Positions 1-13,885 of a stretch of 64,000 nucleotides of DNA are shown here, piece after piece. Origin of the DNA: Octopus vulgaris (taxonomy: Eukaryota); the NCBI GenBank assembly GCA_951406725.2, contig OX597819.1:65100001-65164000 (forward strand), in the 5' to 3' direction. The notes beneath the pieces are model-generated. The model ran no database searches. It was not told the origin of the DNA and worked only from the letters and a program-made list of their open reading frames with translations. Numbering within the stretch: the stretch's first letter is position 1; every line of letters starts with the position of its first letter. The position numbers and the translations under genes are program-made.

Positions 1-318
1 ACATGCCATAGAGGTTAGGAGGGTTGTGGGTTTTGGGGAGTTTTCACAAGTAGTCCTTGGAAGTCTTCCAGTCACGGGTATTTAATTGTTCTATTTTCCT
101 TGTTATTTTGCTTTCACACGTTTCAATCCCACTTTATTTCTGTTGTATTACCCTTATGCCAACCTCAATCTTTTATATGAACCTTCAGTTCCGAAGTCAA
201 ATTCTTCCAAAGGTGACTGAGTCTTTCATCACAGTTGAGTAGTGGGGTCGATGTTATCTACTCTCCGTAACTTCAGAATAGTGGCCATGTGCCAGAGTTT
301 GAAACCATTATTATTATA

Positions 319-369
<51 letters not shown>

Positions 370-1034
370 GCTGTTGTTATATCGAAGTCGAGCCTTAGTT
401 TTGGAGAGCAATCTGTTTAACTACACGGCTGTGGACTAATCCAAGCGTTTTGTTATATGCATTCGAATCTCGAGCAGTCCCGTCTACCTCATTTCCGTGC
501 GAGCAGAGTTACTTCCCAAAGCAGACCGTCTGATTTTCGTCGATCACTTGTTTCGCTGAGAAACTTATTGCACTCGCCAACCACTTTTTTCTATAAATTT
601 CTAAAATTGAAGCTTCTGTGACAACAGTACCTCACTTCTAGACTGCAGAGTGCATCTAACGAAATTCTAAGTGCCCACCTGACTATATTCTAGGTGCCAG
701 GGGCTTGCTTGATATTGTTCTTTTCTTAAAGCAGGACTGCAATAAAATGCAGGTTATTACAAACAGACCAAAATCTATAAACAAGAATGTTATACAATAC
801 TTTCACATATTTTAAATCAATTTTTGCTATAAAATTTAATTATAATGAATAATTAAAGATGAAATAATTAAGCGACATTTAATCGAAAGAAAAAGAAACT
901 CTTACATACTCTTTCAGTTCCACTTACAACTCAGAACTTTACCATTTCACAATGCGCTTACTCGTAGTTCCGTCGTGACGTCTTTCATCTTGAGCATTTT
1001 ACTTCCTTTTCTTTTAAGTATATTTTATTTAGGG

Positions 1035-1267
1035 AAGGCGGCGAGCTGGCAGAAACGTTAGCATGCCGGGCGGAAAGCGTAGCCGTATTTCGTCTGTCGT
1101 TACGTTCTGAGTTCAAATTCCGCCGAGGTCGACTTTGCCTTTCATCCTTTCGGGGTCTATAAATTAAGTACCAGTTACGCACTGGGATCGATATAATCGA
1201 CTTAATCCGTTTGTCTGTCCTTGCTTGTCCCCTCTGTGTGTAGCCCCTTGTGGGTAGTAAAGAAATA
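1035..1267 (+). mobile_element. tRNA-derived SINE family 1, full copy with TSD
   Basis: Head GGCGGCGAGCTGGCAGAA..GAGTTCAAATTCC (A/B boxes); central GCCTTTCATCCTTTCGGGGTC.ATAAATTAAGTACCAG; 16-bp TSD TATATTTTATT(T/C)AGGG at 1019 and 1268. Other copies at ~2490-2680(-), 5700-5880(-), 11260-11490(-), 14560-14865(+), 17770-17945(+), 19660-19898(+), 34155-34383(-), 57998-58187(-). Confidence 0.9.
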
Positions 1268-2681
1268 TATATTTTATTCAGGGTTTCCTCCTCATTTTTC
1301 CTCATCGTAGACAGACTTCGAGAAATGTTTCATAGTGTTATCTCTTTTATGTCACATGCCATTGTATGAATGCTACCGAGTTGGGGGTATTGCTCCCTAA
1401 TTTTCAGTATCTCGCACTTCAACTAGGAGACTAGGAAATGATGCGATGCTTTTGCCCATTCTCGCAGCTAACATCGAATTTATGATTGGTAACGCTGTTG
1501 AAAGAGTAACCTCTGAAACCTTGCCTTTCTTCTGACTTTTTCAACATTCTTTTTCGCTGGCCCTAACAGAAATCCATAAGCAAGCTGCTTAGATTTGAGC
1601 GAACAATATTTAGTATCGTAACCTTCTCGTCTGTGGATATATTGACATCTTTCTACAAATTTCCTACGAACGATAACAGCTAGGTGGTTTTTTGCGGAAA
1701 ATTTCCATGCTCAGCAATGTAAGCATGCAAAAATACGTGAATTTCCTTCTTCCCCACTTTTGAATAAATGTCTTTGCTGAAGAAAAAAAAGAAAAGGAAA
1801 AATTTGTCTTTCAGTTTTTTATTTTCATTATTGTTTATTTTTAACCAGGTTGTTCATGCTCAAATTACGTTACTGGTAACATTAGCAAAAATAAAACAGC
1901 GGATTTTTTTTTTCTTTACTGGCATTGTTTGACAACAAGTGTGTGTGTGTGTACGTTGATTCTCTTGGTACATGTATCTTTATGTTGTGCACATTTGAGC
2001 TTACGGATATTAAATTTTGACAGTCTCTACTTGAGATTATATGCGTTTGTTTCTTGTTAATTTTCCCGTTTTTAATTTTTAGAAATAAATTTTCTAATTT
2101 ATCTCCTCTTATTAATTTCTTTTTGTGTTCAAAATTTTTAATGACAGTAATTTTGAAAAGGGTCATATCCAGTACTAGTCACACTTCTTTCTCTTTATTC
2201 CGACTGCATCTCATGTAGAGCAAACAAGCTATGTTGAAAATTATTTAAACTGAATGAGATTGTTCATGTATTGTGTTTCTTTGTTCTTCCCTTTTGAAAT
2301 ATGAGATGCTTAAAACAATCCAGAATTCAAAAGTTCTCCTCCAGTAAAATTGGTTAACTATCAAAATATTCTCGGACAGTTCTCAAAACACCTGCGCACA
2401 GGACAAGTGAGGAAACAAAAAATAATAACAACAATGACGATAATGATGATGAGGATGATGATGATGATAATAATAATCTTTTTTTTAGTATAGGAATAAC
2501 GCCTGAAATTTGGGGGTGGTGGATAATCGATTACATCGACCCCAGTATTTAACACGTTATTATTTTATCGACTCCAAAAGAAAGAAAGGCGAAGTCGACC
2601 TCGACGGAATTTTAACTTTGAACGTTCAATACTGCTAAACATTTCGCCCGACGTGCCAAATATTCTGCTAGCTCACAGTTT

Positions 2682-3053
<372 letters not shown>

Positions 3054-3054
3054 G

Positions 3055-3595
3055 ACAGTAGACGAACTAAATAGCTTAGATAGTAAGAGAAGGAATTTGC
3101 TAACAAGTTATGGGATACTTCATCCAAAAATTGGCACAGACAGACTGTATGCACCAAGAAAAAGAGGGAGAAGAGAACTGATAGGATACGATCATAGCAT
3201 TAGAGCAGAAGAAACAACATAGCATGGTATGTAAGAAATGCCACAGAACCGCCATTATTGGAAGTCAGAAGACAAGGCTTGTGTAGGATGTAAGATTGCA
3301 AAGATAAAGCATTGAGAATGAATAGAAATGAAAATGGGTGGATAAAGAAAAGAATGCATGGACACTTTCATAGGGATGTTGGAGATAAGGCAGACAGAGA
3401 AAGAAGATGACTGTAGATGACTAAAAGTGACTTAAAGCTGAAAACGGAGTCTCTAATCTGTGCTGCCAAAAAGCAAGCATTAAGATCCAATTAAATCAAA
3501 TACAGAATAGACAACACATCAGAAAGTGATAAGTGCAGAATTTGTGGACAAAATGGTGAAATTGTATGGCATATTAGGAGTTAATGTACACTATG
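3055..3595 (+). mobile_element. R4/Dong-like retrotransposon fragment (thumb to CCHC region), decayed
   Basis: Broken translation gives RLYAPRK..R.L, W..KRMHGHF, KxETESLICA and KCRICGQNGEIVWHI..C; directly follows a (TAA)n array. Confidence 0.75.
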
Positions 3596-3599
3596 AGTA

Positions 3600-4595
3600 C
3601 GAGACTCATATGAATGCAAAGACTAATTCTTAATGAAGAACACGTTCTTTGAGAACTGTAATAACAAAAGCAGAAATCTGTTCTGCATGAACTGATTGCG
3701 TGCCTTCGACAGCATACCGCATACAGAGATCTTGAAATCGCTGGATATCTTTAAATTTCCTCCTGCGATTTTAAACTCCTTGAAGCACAACATGTGAATG
3801 TGGAATACGAATGTTCACTTGTATCACTCTAATGTAATACAGCCCCCAGAAAAATATTAATATCAACTGATGCATTCTCCAAGGTGACTCACTTTCACCT
3901 TTAATTTTCTGCATAGCCAAAATTCCCCTTAAAAGTGAACTTAATAGGACAGGATATAGGTGTAAGATTGGCGACAATAAAATAAGTAATCTATTTTATA
4001 AGGATAACTTAAAACTCTATGGCAAAGATGATACTGAGGTTGAAAGAATACTACATACTGTGAAAGCATTCAGTGATGACACCGGGATGGAATTTGGTCT
4101 TGATAAATGTGCCAAGGCCACTTTCCAGAAAGGAAAATTGAAGACCTCGCACTCAGTGGTGTTGGAAGTTGAAACAGTTATAAAAGAACACGAGCCAGAA
4201 TATACTTACAAATACATCGGAATAAATTAGGGCTCTGGCATTCAACATGCAAGTATGAAAAACATCAGGATGAAGTATCACAGGAGAGTTCCAGCAGTCC
4301 TAAAACCCGAGTTAAATGCACGTAATAAGGTGTTAGCTAAAACTATCTGAACAGTTCCGGTTGTTATTTACAGATTCAATGTGGTGAACTGGAATATGAG
4401 CGAAATGAGAAAGATTGACAGAAAAAGCATCCATAAGCTGCTGACTTGCAACAAGACGCGCCTCCCAAAGGCAGACGCGGCTTGTCTTTACCTACCCAGA
4501 GCTCAATGAGGTCGTGGCTTGGGCCAATTTGAAATCTCCTACATAACCACCAGAACTGGACTGGCAAAATATCTCGAAACATCTAACGACTGGAT
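3600..4595 (+). mobile_element. R4/Dong-like reverse transcriptase fragment, decayed
   Basis: Remnant motifs AFDSIPH, QGDSLSPLIFCIA, LFY(K)D(N)LKLY (YMDD box), GMEFGLDKCAK, YKYIGI, LYLPRAQ.GRGL. Confidence 0.8.
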
Positions 4596-4619
4596 ATATC
4601 TTACACGCTACAGCAGCTG

Positions 4620-5650
4620 TTCGGCTAATCTTCACAAGTTAGCAATGTCTGGACACTGAACGAGTGCGTGCAGATCGGTATTGTCCCTCTGCGAGCACTT
4701 CGGGCCAGTCCGTCTGACAGCACATTCGAGCCTGTAGAGTTTATCTCGAACCGGTATCGTCCCCCATCCGATAGCACTGGCAGGCCGAAGACATCTGGAA
4801 ATTATCGATAATAGTAACCGACCGGAAAGTCCTCCGGAATAGACTTGCAAGCTCATTTTTGTCGACGCCTAAGGTCTTCTTGAGAACGTCGTCGTAATTC
4901 CCCACTACTAATCCTCTGTAACTAACTCGACTGGAATATCCACCGATCGATCCTATTGTCTGGCTTGTAGGACAGTGCGCGCCTGACGACATTCTAATTG
5001 ACAGGTTCCCAGTCTGGGCTTATCCTTTACCCACGACTGCGCCTTCGTCCAAGAGACGAACTTCGGAAAGATGTGTCTCGCAAACGGAACCCACTCACGT
5101 TTACCTTCTGGAAATTACCTGAGTGCGTGTCTGCGCATTAAAATCCATGGCATGTCTAAGCCGCCACGCAAAGGAAGTTGGCAGCTTACCGACATTCTGA
5201 CCATTGGAAAGCGTCCCTTCCTCATGAAAATAAATACGATACAATCTAATCAAGCAGCAACTGGGGAAAGTTGCAACGGTCAGACAATAATGACAGAGGG
5301 GATGTAGGCATTAGCCACCTCTGCCCGACCTTTCAGCGACAACTTCCTCTCTGCGCATTTCTGGGTAGGAGAAATCACACTGTTCGTCACCTCTTCCAAG
5401 TTCTTATCTACATTGAGGTCGGTACCAAACCAGACTCCGAGCAGTATAACTAGTCCTTCAGTCCAGCGTCCGATTGCGTCGATCTGCCTCTCCGGATGCC
5501 CGGTCGTAATCCCACCGACATGTTGGCATTGATTTTGTCTCTTGTAACTGACACATATTCCTTTACAATTGAGCCGACCGTCTCTACTTCGAAGGCGACC
5601 GACACCATGACGGTGACGTCGTCCGTGTATGAAGACACTGCCCCCACCCC
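4620..5650 (-). mobile_element. L1/Tx1-like LINE fragment (RT C-terminus to zinc knuckle)
   Basis: Minus ORF SSYTDDVTV...KINANMSVGL resembles the L1/Tx1 YADD...KIN..KS region; PKCSQRDNTDLHALVQC is a knuckle remnant; GC-richer block. Confidence 0.65.
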
Positions 5651-6359
5651 AAGCCCAAGTAAAATATATGTATTTACTTTCGCTTACTGGGATCAGTATT
5701 GAAATATTGTGGGAAGGCGCTATTCAATATCATCCACTCCAGCAGGTAACTGGTACTTGGTTTTACCAATCGCAAATGAAGAAAGGGAAACGCAGTCAAC
5801 TTTGCCGTCATTTGAACTCAGAGCATATAGACAGATGAATTGCCACGAAGCATTTTAGCTAACGTTCCTGCCAGTTCAACACATTAAAATGAATGGATAG
5901 TTGACGTTAGTATTAAAAAAGCACTAATACTAGTGAACTATAATCAATATTATGGAAGGAAAACGGGAGCTTATTACTAAAAAAAAAAATGATATTCTAC
6001 CGCACTATAACCTAAAATGCTACTGCAATATATTAACAGCACTATATGGAAATGGTGAACAAATCTATCAGTTAAAAGCCAGTAGCCAAGTGCAAGTAAT
6101 CACAGCCATACGCATTGCTGAGGAAATATTAAAGAGAGAAAAACGGACAATACGTACTGTTTTTTCCTAGCTTCGACTCCGATTGCAAATCTATTAAACT
6201 TAGATTAAACAACGAAGTGATAGACACGATTTAAACTATGTTTACAAACTCAATGTATGTGTCTCATTTATATACAAGCGCTATTTAAGATATTCAAGAT
6301 CACCTATACCCTACCGGTAGACCTTTTTCTTTCCTAAATCCATCTACAACAAAATATTT

Positions 6360-7190
6360 TTTTCGATTCTAGGCACAAGGCCGAAAGTTTTGGGACAGGG
6401 ACCAGTCAACTGGTACTTAATTTATCGACCCTAAAATGATGAAAGGTAAAGTTCACCCCGGGAAGATTTGAACTCAGAATGTAAAAACAGACACAATACA
6501 GCCAAGCATTTCGGCTGGCGTGCTAGCGTTTCTTATTTCTTTATTGCCCACAAGGATCTAAACATAGAACGGACAAACAAGGACAGACAAAGGGATTAAG
6601 TCGATTATATCGAACCCAGTGCGTAACTGGTACTTAATTTATCGACCCGGAAAGGCTGAAAGGCAAAATCAACCTCAGCGGAATTTGAACTCAGAACGTA
6701 ACGGCAGACGAAATACCTATTTCTTTACTACCCACAAGGGGCTAAACACAGAGGGGACAAACAAGGACAGACAAATGGATTAAGTCTATTATATCGACCC
6801 CAGTGCGTAACTGGTACTTATTTAATCGACCCCGAAAGGATGAAAGGCAAAGTCGACTTCGGTGGAATTTGAACTCAGAACGTAGCGGCAGACGAAATAC
6901 CGCTAGGCATTTCGCCCGGCGTGCCAGCGTTTCTGACAGCTCACAGCCTTACCCCAACGAAATATTCTTTTCTACTCTAGCACAAGGGGCATAAGGCCCG
7001 AAATTTCTGGAGAGGACGCCAGTCGATTAGATCGACCCCAGTACGCAACTGGCACGTAATTCATCGACCCCGAAAGGATAAAAAGTAATGTTGACCTCAG
7101 CAGAATTAGAACTCAGAACGTAAGAACAGGCGCATTACCGCTAAGTATTTCGCCCGGCGTGCTAACGTTTCTGCAAACTCGTCGCCTTAT
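6360..7190 (-). mobile_element. Tandem array of about 4 family-1 SINE units
   Basis: Repeated GGTACTTAATTTATCGACCC..AAAGG.TGAAAGG.AAAGT...GAATTTGAACTCAGAAC blocks at ~6410, 6630, 6810 and 7050. Confidence 0.85.
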
Positions 7191-7887
7191 CCAAAACAAA
7201 ATATTACGAAGGCGATGAATATATCAAGACTACTTCAAGTAAAGGCGAATTCCCCCAACTTAGGGATATTAAGAAGCATCCTTTCCTTCACTCCTCAATG
7301 AAAATACTCCTTTCCTATTTTCAACTCAGATCTTATGCAAAATTTTCCATATTTGCTACCATTTCTATTCAACTCTGCGTTTGTTAAATCTAGTTGGATA
7401 CTTCGAACTCATCTCTTTTGAATCTACCAAGCTCTGTAAAAAGCTCACATACACATTCTGTATAAAAGCAATTCCTGTCACATCAAATCTATATTATCAA
7501 CAACCCTTCTTCCACTTCCATGAAACACTGCACCCCCATGCTAACCCATATATTCGTCAGTCCCATTACTAAGAAAGTCAAACGATCTGATTCTGTCAAA
7601 TTATCCTTCTATCGCATTCACTTCTAACACCCTGAAAGGTGATTGAGATAATCATTTGCAATAATATTCTGCGGCATCTTCAATCTTTCATTCGCCCTAG
7701 TGAACACACAGGTTTGGCTTTTGCAAAGTGAGATCTGTTGGAGACCTGATATTCTAGGTTGCTCCATGATGATGGTGACGAGAAGAACGAGAGTCACAGC
7801 GAGGGATATGGTTATGCTGGCGGTGGTGATGGTAATGGTGATGATGATGATGATGATGAGGATGAGGACGGCTAAAACGCTGGTGGT

Positions 7888-8320
7888 GAAGAAGAAGAAG
7901 AAGAAGAAGAAGAGGAAAAGAAAAAGCAGAAGAAAAAGAAGAAGTAGAAGAAGAAGAAGAAAAGGAAGAAGAAGAAGAAGCAGAAGTAGAAGAAGAAGGA
8001 GAAGAAGCAGAAGTAGAAGAGGAAGAAGAAGAAGAAGAAGAAGAAGAAGATGAAGAAAAGTAGAAGTAAAGAGGAAGCAGAAGGGGAAGGCGTAGTAGAA
8101 GAGGAACGAGAAGATAAAGGAGGGGAAGAAGAAGAAGAAGAAGAAGAAGAAGAAGAAGAAGAAGAAGAAGGTGAAGAAAAGTAGAAGTAAAGAGGAAGCA
8201 GAAGGGGAAGGTGTAGTAGAAGAGGAACGAGAAGATAAAGGAGGGGAAGAAGAAGAAGAAGAAGAAGAAGAAGAAGAAGAAGAAGAAGAAGAAGAAGAAG
8301 AAGAAGAAGAAGAAGAAGAG
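7888..8320 (+). repeat. (GAA)n polypurine tract with an internal ~120-bp duplication
   Basis: The unit TGAAGAAAAGTAGAAGTAAAGAGGAAGCAGAAGGGGAAGG... occurs at 8051 and 8172. Confidence 0.9.
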
Positions 8321-8559
8321 ATGAAAGTTGGACATCACTGACTTAATGAAAACACGAAAATCGACTTCACACGGACAAATGAAATAATACATAAAACAGT
8401 GATGGTTACAAAGGAAAGCCCGTCCATACCTATATCTGCTGTTGTTTGAATTTGAAAGTAAATAAAACAATATACGACAATATATGAAGAAAACAACAGC
8501 ATTTATCACTAATGAAATCAATAATGAAATGGAATAACAGGAAGAAAGAAGGCCTAGAC

Positions 8560-8950
8560 ACAAGTAGTACTGAACTATAACATCGAAAGAAAAGAATTAC
8601 TTGAAATCAAAGAACGCCTGTAACAAGAGAATCTCCGTAATTGGCCAAAGAATCCGTTGGTATGAAAAACAATAGCGTTTCTTTGAACAATACAAGCATT
8701 TCAATTCCAACATAAAAATTATTTTTATCGAAAAGAAATGTTGAAATAAATTAGAAATACATACAACATTAACAGCAGAAGGAGTAGAATATTGGACAGT
8801 GTGGTTATGAACAAGAAATTATTCGAAGTGATGTTATTGAAAACTAAGAACTCTGGGCCTGAAAAGTCGTGGCTTGTCATATGAAGAGAAACGTGGCTAG
8901 ACGGAATAGAAACGATAGTTTGACAGCATCAGATAATGGCAAGATTTTAT
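8560..8950 (+). mobile_element. R4/Dong-like pre-RT fragment, heavily decayed
   Basis: Translates as KYNIERKELLEIKERL..ISVIGQRIRWYEK...EQYKHFNSN, resembling the pre-RT ...RLRRY...QN.LF..N segment; SGPE cf. PGPD. Confidence 0.45.
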
Positions 8951-8962
8951 GTTTAAATAGCT

Positions 8963-8998
<36 letters not shown>

Positions 8999-9004
<6 letters not shown>

Positions 9005-9907
9005 GGTTCGGCTGGTACAGTACTTCTTGACCTACTTTGCTTGGCTTGGAGACTGAAAGTCTAGAATACAAAGTTATAGTCCTTTGTTCACGGAAGAGTG
9101 ATGGCTTTTGGAAGGACCCCTACCCTTTTGCCGGTCAAGAAAGGGTCAGGGAAACTACCTTATAAAAAGGAGCTGTGAGTCTGTAGGATCAGTTCCGGCC
9201 GGAGAGATTGAGAGACAGTGAGGATTTGGTATTCAAGGCAAGCAGTTTAGCAGTTGGATTTAGCAGTGCTAAGAGAAATGAGGTACAATATGAGGCATTG
9301 GCTATTATAGCAGGAACTGAACGGTATGTGTTATTGTTGTATTGATATGTGAAGAGAAAGAAGGAAAAAAGAATCGATGTATTGAAATGTAAAAGAAATG
9401 AGACAGTAAAAAAGAACAATGGGAACTGTGTTGATATGTGTTACAGAACTGTTAAGGCAAAAGAGAACTGTGTAATGAACATTGAACTGATATGCCTTTA
9501 CTGTCCTTTGAACTGTAACGTTAATGTGATTTGAAACAGAACTGTTGTCTCCGGACTATATGATGTATTGATTTGTTGTTTAATTCGACGTGTACTCTTT
9601 AAATGCTGTTGTTGTTGCATTTGATGTGTTGTTACTTGCATGTTTAAATGCTTTGATGTATCTGATATGTAATTGATGTTGTAACAATTGTAATAGTCAT
9701 ATAAACTAGTACGTTAAATGTGAGCCAATTGCCTTCTTTGTGTCTCTCTCGATTGCGTCTGTGTCTCTTCTTGCGACTGTTGTTGTAGTTGTTGTGTCTC
9801 TCTCTCCTCTCCGAGTTTCCGTGGCGAACATTCGCTAATCGAACGGGCCTGTGTGAGGGATTCCGTAACAGCTATCGTTCGACGGAGGTCCCCCCCCCCC
9901 CGTTACA
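8999..9907 (+). mobile_element. Probable solo LTR inserted in a (TA)n microsatellite
   Basis: 909-bp unique block starting TGTTGTGG and ending CCGTTACA (TG...CA, imperfect IR); ATAT on both sides; TATA-like CCTTATAAAAAGG at ~9160; no ORF. Confidence 0.55.
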
Positions 9908-10618
9908 ATATATATATATATATATATATATACGGTATACAGACAGATATATTTCATGAAATACGTTGAAAACACTTGCGTGTCTCGCTCACAGGGAAAA
10001 TAGATTAAAACTAATTCTTGAGAAGCATAAAATCTTAAAAGTTCAAACAGTAAATCTGTTTTCAAGATTTTAGGAAGTCATAAATACAATATTATAGAAT
10101 GTGAATAACTGCCTAGAAAACCTGTCATGATTCGAGAATCACATATGGAGTGCAGCACGGTCTCTGAAAGACTAAATATTACAAATTTATGAAAGGATAA
10201 TGTATGAGAAAATCTATGATGATTGAAGTAGGACGAAAAGATGCTAAAGCATAAGGGATTAGCTACAAGGCATAATGGAAGAAACACGTTCAGAGGTGGG
10301 GATCCCTCAAAAACAGAAAATGAATTGAACAAACCATGGGCAAATGAGAAACAATTCTACAGAATTCTATAAGAATAGAATCATTTAAAATATCCTCCTC
10401 TCTTCAACGCTTTCCTGATTATATTGTGAACGAAAAATTTAAATCATGCAATATTGGTGCAGGTGTGGGTGTGTGTTAAGAAGCTTGCTTCCCAAACACA
10501 TTGTTCCAGTTTCAGTATCTTTGCATGGTATCTTTGTTAAGTGTCTTCTGCTATAGCCTCGGGCCGACCAAAGCCCTGTGAGTGGAATTGGTAGATAGAA
10601 ACTGAAAGAAGCACCTCG

Positions 10619-10663
<45 letters not shown>

Positions 10664-13199
10664 TTCTGTGTGTGTGCGGTTGTGCGGCGGGGAGGTGTAT
10701 GTGTGTCTGTGTGTCTGTGTGTGTTTGTCCCCCACTCACCATCGCTTTACAACCGATGTTGGTGTGCTTAGATCTGCATACCTTAGCGGTTCGGCGAAGA
10801 CGTCGAAGGAATAAGTCCTGGGGGACAATTTCTTCGACTAAAGGCACCGCTCCAGCATGGCGGAAGTGAAATAACTAAAACAATTAAAGGAATAAAAGAA
10901 TGAAAGAATATGTATGCAATGCGGACTGTTGCTTAATAAATAACGGTGTATATGGACATCCTCATATTGTATGATGACAACTAAAGGAAATGAAATAAAC
11001 GAGTTCAACAAGAAAGATTTGCTTATACTAATGTGTCACACGCATGTCTTAGCGCCTAGCCTCTCCGCCGTGTACGACAACAAATGTTGCAGTTGTTTAC
11101 ATCAACTACAGAGCTTTCTTGTGATAATACCTTCAGGCTTGCTGAGCAACCCACAGACAGCTGCACCCTTATTCTAGTTTTCAGTGGTACAGAATGTGAT
11201 AAAGTCGGACCCTTTGAAATAGAGTTACAATTTTTGCACTGGAGCAACGGACAATATATTTATTTCTTTACTACCCACAAGGGGCTAAACACAGAGGGGA
11301 CAAACAAAGACAGACAAACTGATTACGGCGATTACATCGACCCCACTGCGTAACTGGTGCTTAATTTATCGACCCCGAAAGGATGAAAAGCAAAGTCGAC
11401 CTCGGCGGAATTTGAACTCAGAACGTAACGGCAGACGAAATACGGCTACGCATTTCGTCCGGCGTGCTAACGTTTCTGCCAGCTCGACGCCTACAACGGA
11501 CAATATATTGTCTTCCTCAAGGACATAACGCACTGCCGGAAATAGAACACACGATCTTATCATCACCGGTTGAATATTCCAATCACTAAGTCACATGCCT
11601 CCACATATATCGAATTATCTTATTGTTGTTTGTTCTTTCTCACGTCATGCCTGGCTCATAAGGGCTGGCTTCCCTGTTTCATTGGCGTACAGGTTCCCCA
11701 CTTGGACGGGACGCCAATCCGTCGCAGGTGAGCCGTTAGATGCAGGAGGAAAGAGTGAGAGAAAGTTGTGACAAAAGAGTCAGCAGAAGTTCACCATTAC
11801 CTTCTGTCGGAGTCGTGTGGAGCTTAGGTCTTTCGCTCATAAAGACACACATCGTCCAGTCTGAGATCCAAACCCACGATTCCTCTACTGTGAATCTGCT
11901 GCTCTTAATACGAGGACATATGCTTCCACATATCGAAGTATAACCCATAAAAATGGCAATATATTAGCTGTATGTGTATAAAATAGGTAAATGCCAAAAT
12001 ATGTGGAAAGTGTTTGTAACTGAGTGCTTAGTGCGCAATATTATAAAAGAGGAAATATTATATATCTTATTTCACACCTAACTATGAAAAATGTCCTATG
12101 TAATTATCGTACGTTCTATGAAGGAAACATTTTCAAGTTGGGAACTCATATAATATCCAGTATAGGTTTCAATTTTCTTTTTGCACTACTTTACTATATT
12201 ATTGTGTGTGTGTGTGTGTGCACGCGCACAGGTGTGGCTGTGTGGTAAAAACCTTGCTACCCACCACATTATTCTAGGTTCAAGCCCAATGTGTAGCACC
12301 TTGGGCTAGTCTATTCTTCCACAATGTCTAGCAGAACAAAAGCCTTGAATGTGGATTTGGTAGATGGATATATATATATATATATATAATATAAAAATGG
12401 TAAAAAATGCAAAGCTTCCGGACAGATGATACAAAGAAAACAAGGACGGGACAATCGGAGTTTTCTTTCCTCAGGCGAGTTCCATATTATCTTTGCAAAT
12501 TCGGCTGGTTATACTCGACATTCCTTCTATCTGGCCAACCCCAAGGAAAAACTAAGCTAAGAGCACTAGATTCCTTAGAAGAAAGCTGCGAATGTATACG
12601 AAAACAAGAATGCAAAAAATCGGGAGAAATGGTACACAAATACAAATAACAACGGGTGTCTTTCGACTAAGGGCGAATTAAATTAAGCTGACGAGTGTGG
12701 AAGTAAAGATTTATGCCAGGTATATAAGATTTGACAGGCAGAGGGAGAAATATAGATGTTGCATGGATGGTATTCGAACCAACAAAGAAAGGTCAGGATT
12801 GGTCGAACATCGATCAAGTGGAGAGAGAAGAGAGGGGTGAGATTTAAAGGTTTTGAAGCCAACCAACTAAGGAATTATCCCTCATAAACATTTAGACTCT
12901 GAAGACACCTAGAAGGACACTCATCATCCAAACTTTATCTGCTTGTCCCTACAGAACACCGAAGAGATGGAGATAGAATGGAACATTTCAATGCCTCTTG
13001 ATAGAAACGGCCGTAAGGAACTGATATTATACTCTTTAATGTAACATCAATCAATACACGTTTGTGTAACACATATTTACTACATGTGTATGTACTCTTC
13101 TAATACTTCCTAATACTTTTGAAGAATAAATAGACACACGGAAATATCTACCAGCTGATGTATGTTATTTTGTATCCTCGCCATTTTCTCTTTTTTGCC

Positions 13200-13277
<78 letters not shown>

Positions 13278-13505
13278 CCTACTTCATTTTACTTTGTGTT
13301 TCATTATGTCATTGCTTTAGGTATATGCAACCTACAACTCTGTTAAGCATACCGATCTAGTTATTTCTGAATGTAACTATACAACAAGAGAAAATATAGC
13401 TTAGTGTTTCTCCACTAAAGAACTCCTGAATATTATCTTGAAAGAAACCTAGGAAAGAGAATTTGTTTCCCTAAAGTTGTTAAGTTACATCTATATGCAA
13501 TGGGT

Positions 13506-13885
13506 GGAGGCATATTGGCCCAGTGGTTACAGCAGCTGATACGCGGTCGTTGGATCGCGGTTTCGATTGCTAGACCTAGTGTTGTGAGTGTTTATTGAGC
13601 AAAAACAACTAAAGCTTCACGAGGCTCCGGCAGGGGGTGCTAGCGAACTTTGCTGTACTCTTTCACCACAACTTTCGCTCACTCTTTCTTCATGTTTCTG
13701 CTGTACCTGTATTTTCAAAGATCCAGCCTTGCCTCACACTGTCTCACGCTGAATCTCTTCGAAAACTACGTCAAGGTACACGTTTCAGTGGAGTGCTCAG
13801 CCACTTACACGTTATTTCACGAGCCATATTTTCCGTTAATAGGATCAACTGGAACCCTCGTAGTCACAACCGACGGAGTGCCACG
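13506..13885 (+). mobile_element. tRNA-derived SINE family 3
   Basis: Head TGGCCCAGTGGTTA.AGCAGC.GA..CGCG..G.GGATCGCGGTTTCGATT. Related copies at 15082-15385(+), 11645-11928(-), 56010-56475(-), 57095-57378(-). Confidence 0.85.

Noticed and set aside
7700-8563. Long ORFs rich in K/R or F/L/S, and the many YI/CV/TH/poly-V/T/S ORFs across the window
   Set aside because: They are translations of stop-free microsatellites with no protein signal.
12955-13020. GAAAC-GGCC-GTA with upstream CCGAAGA as a hammerhead
   Set aside because: The palindromic stem III is suggestive, but no convincing stem I or II could be paired; at best a decayed copy.
13506-13580. tRNA-like A/B boxes here and in other SINE heads
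   Set aside because: No complete cloverleaf, and they continue into SINE bodies, so they are not tRNA genes.
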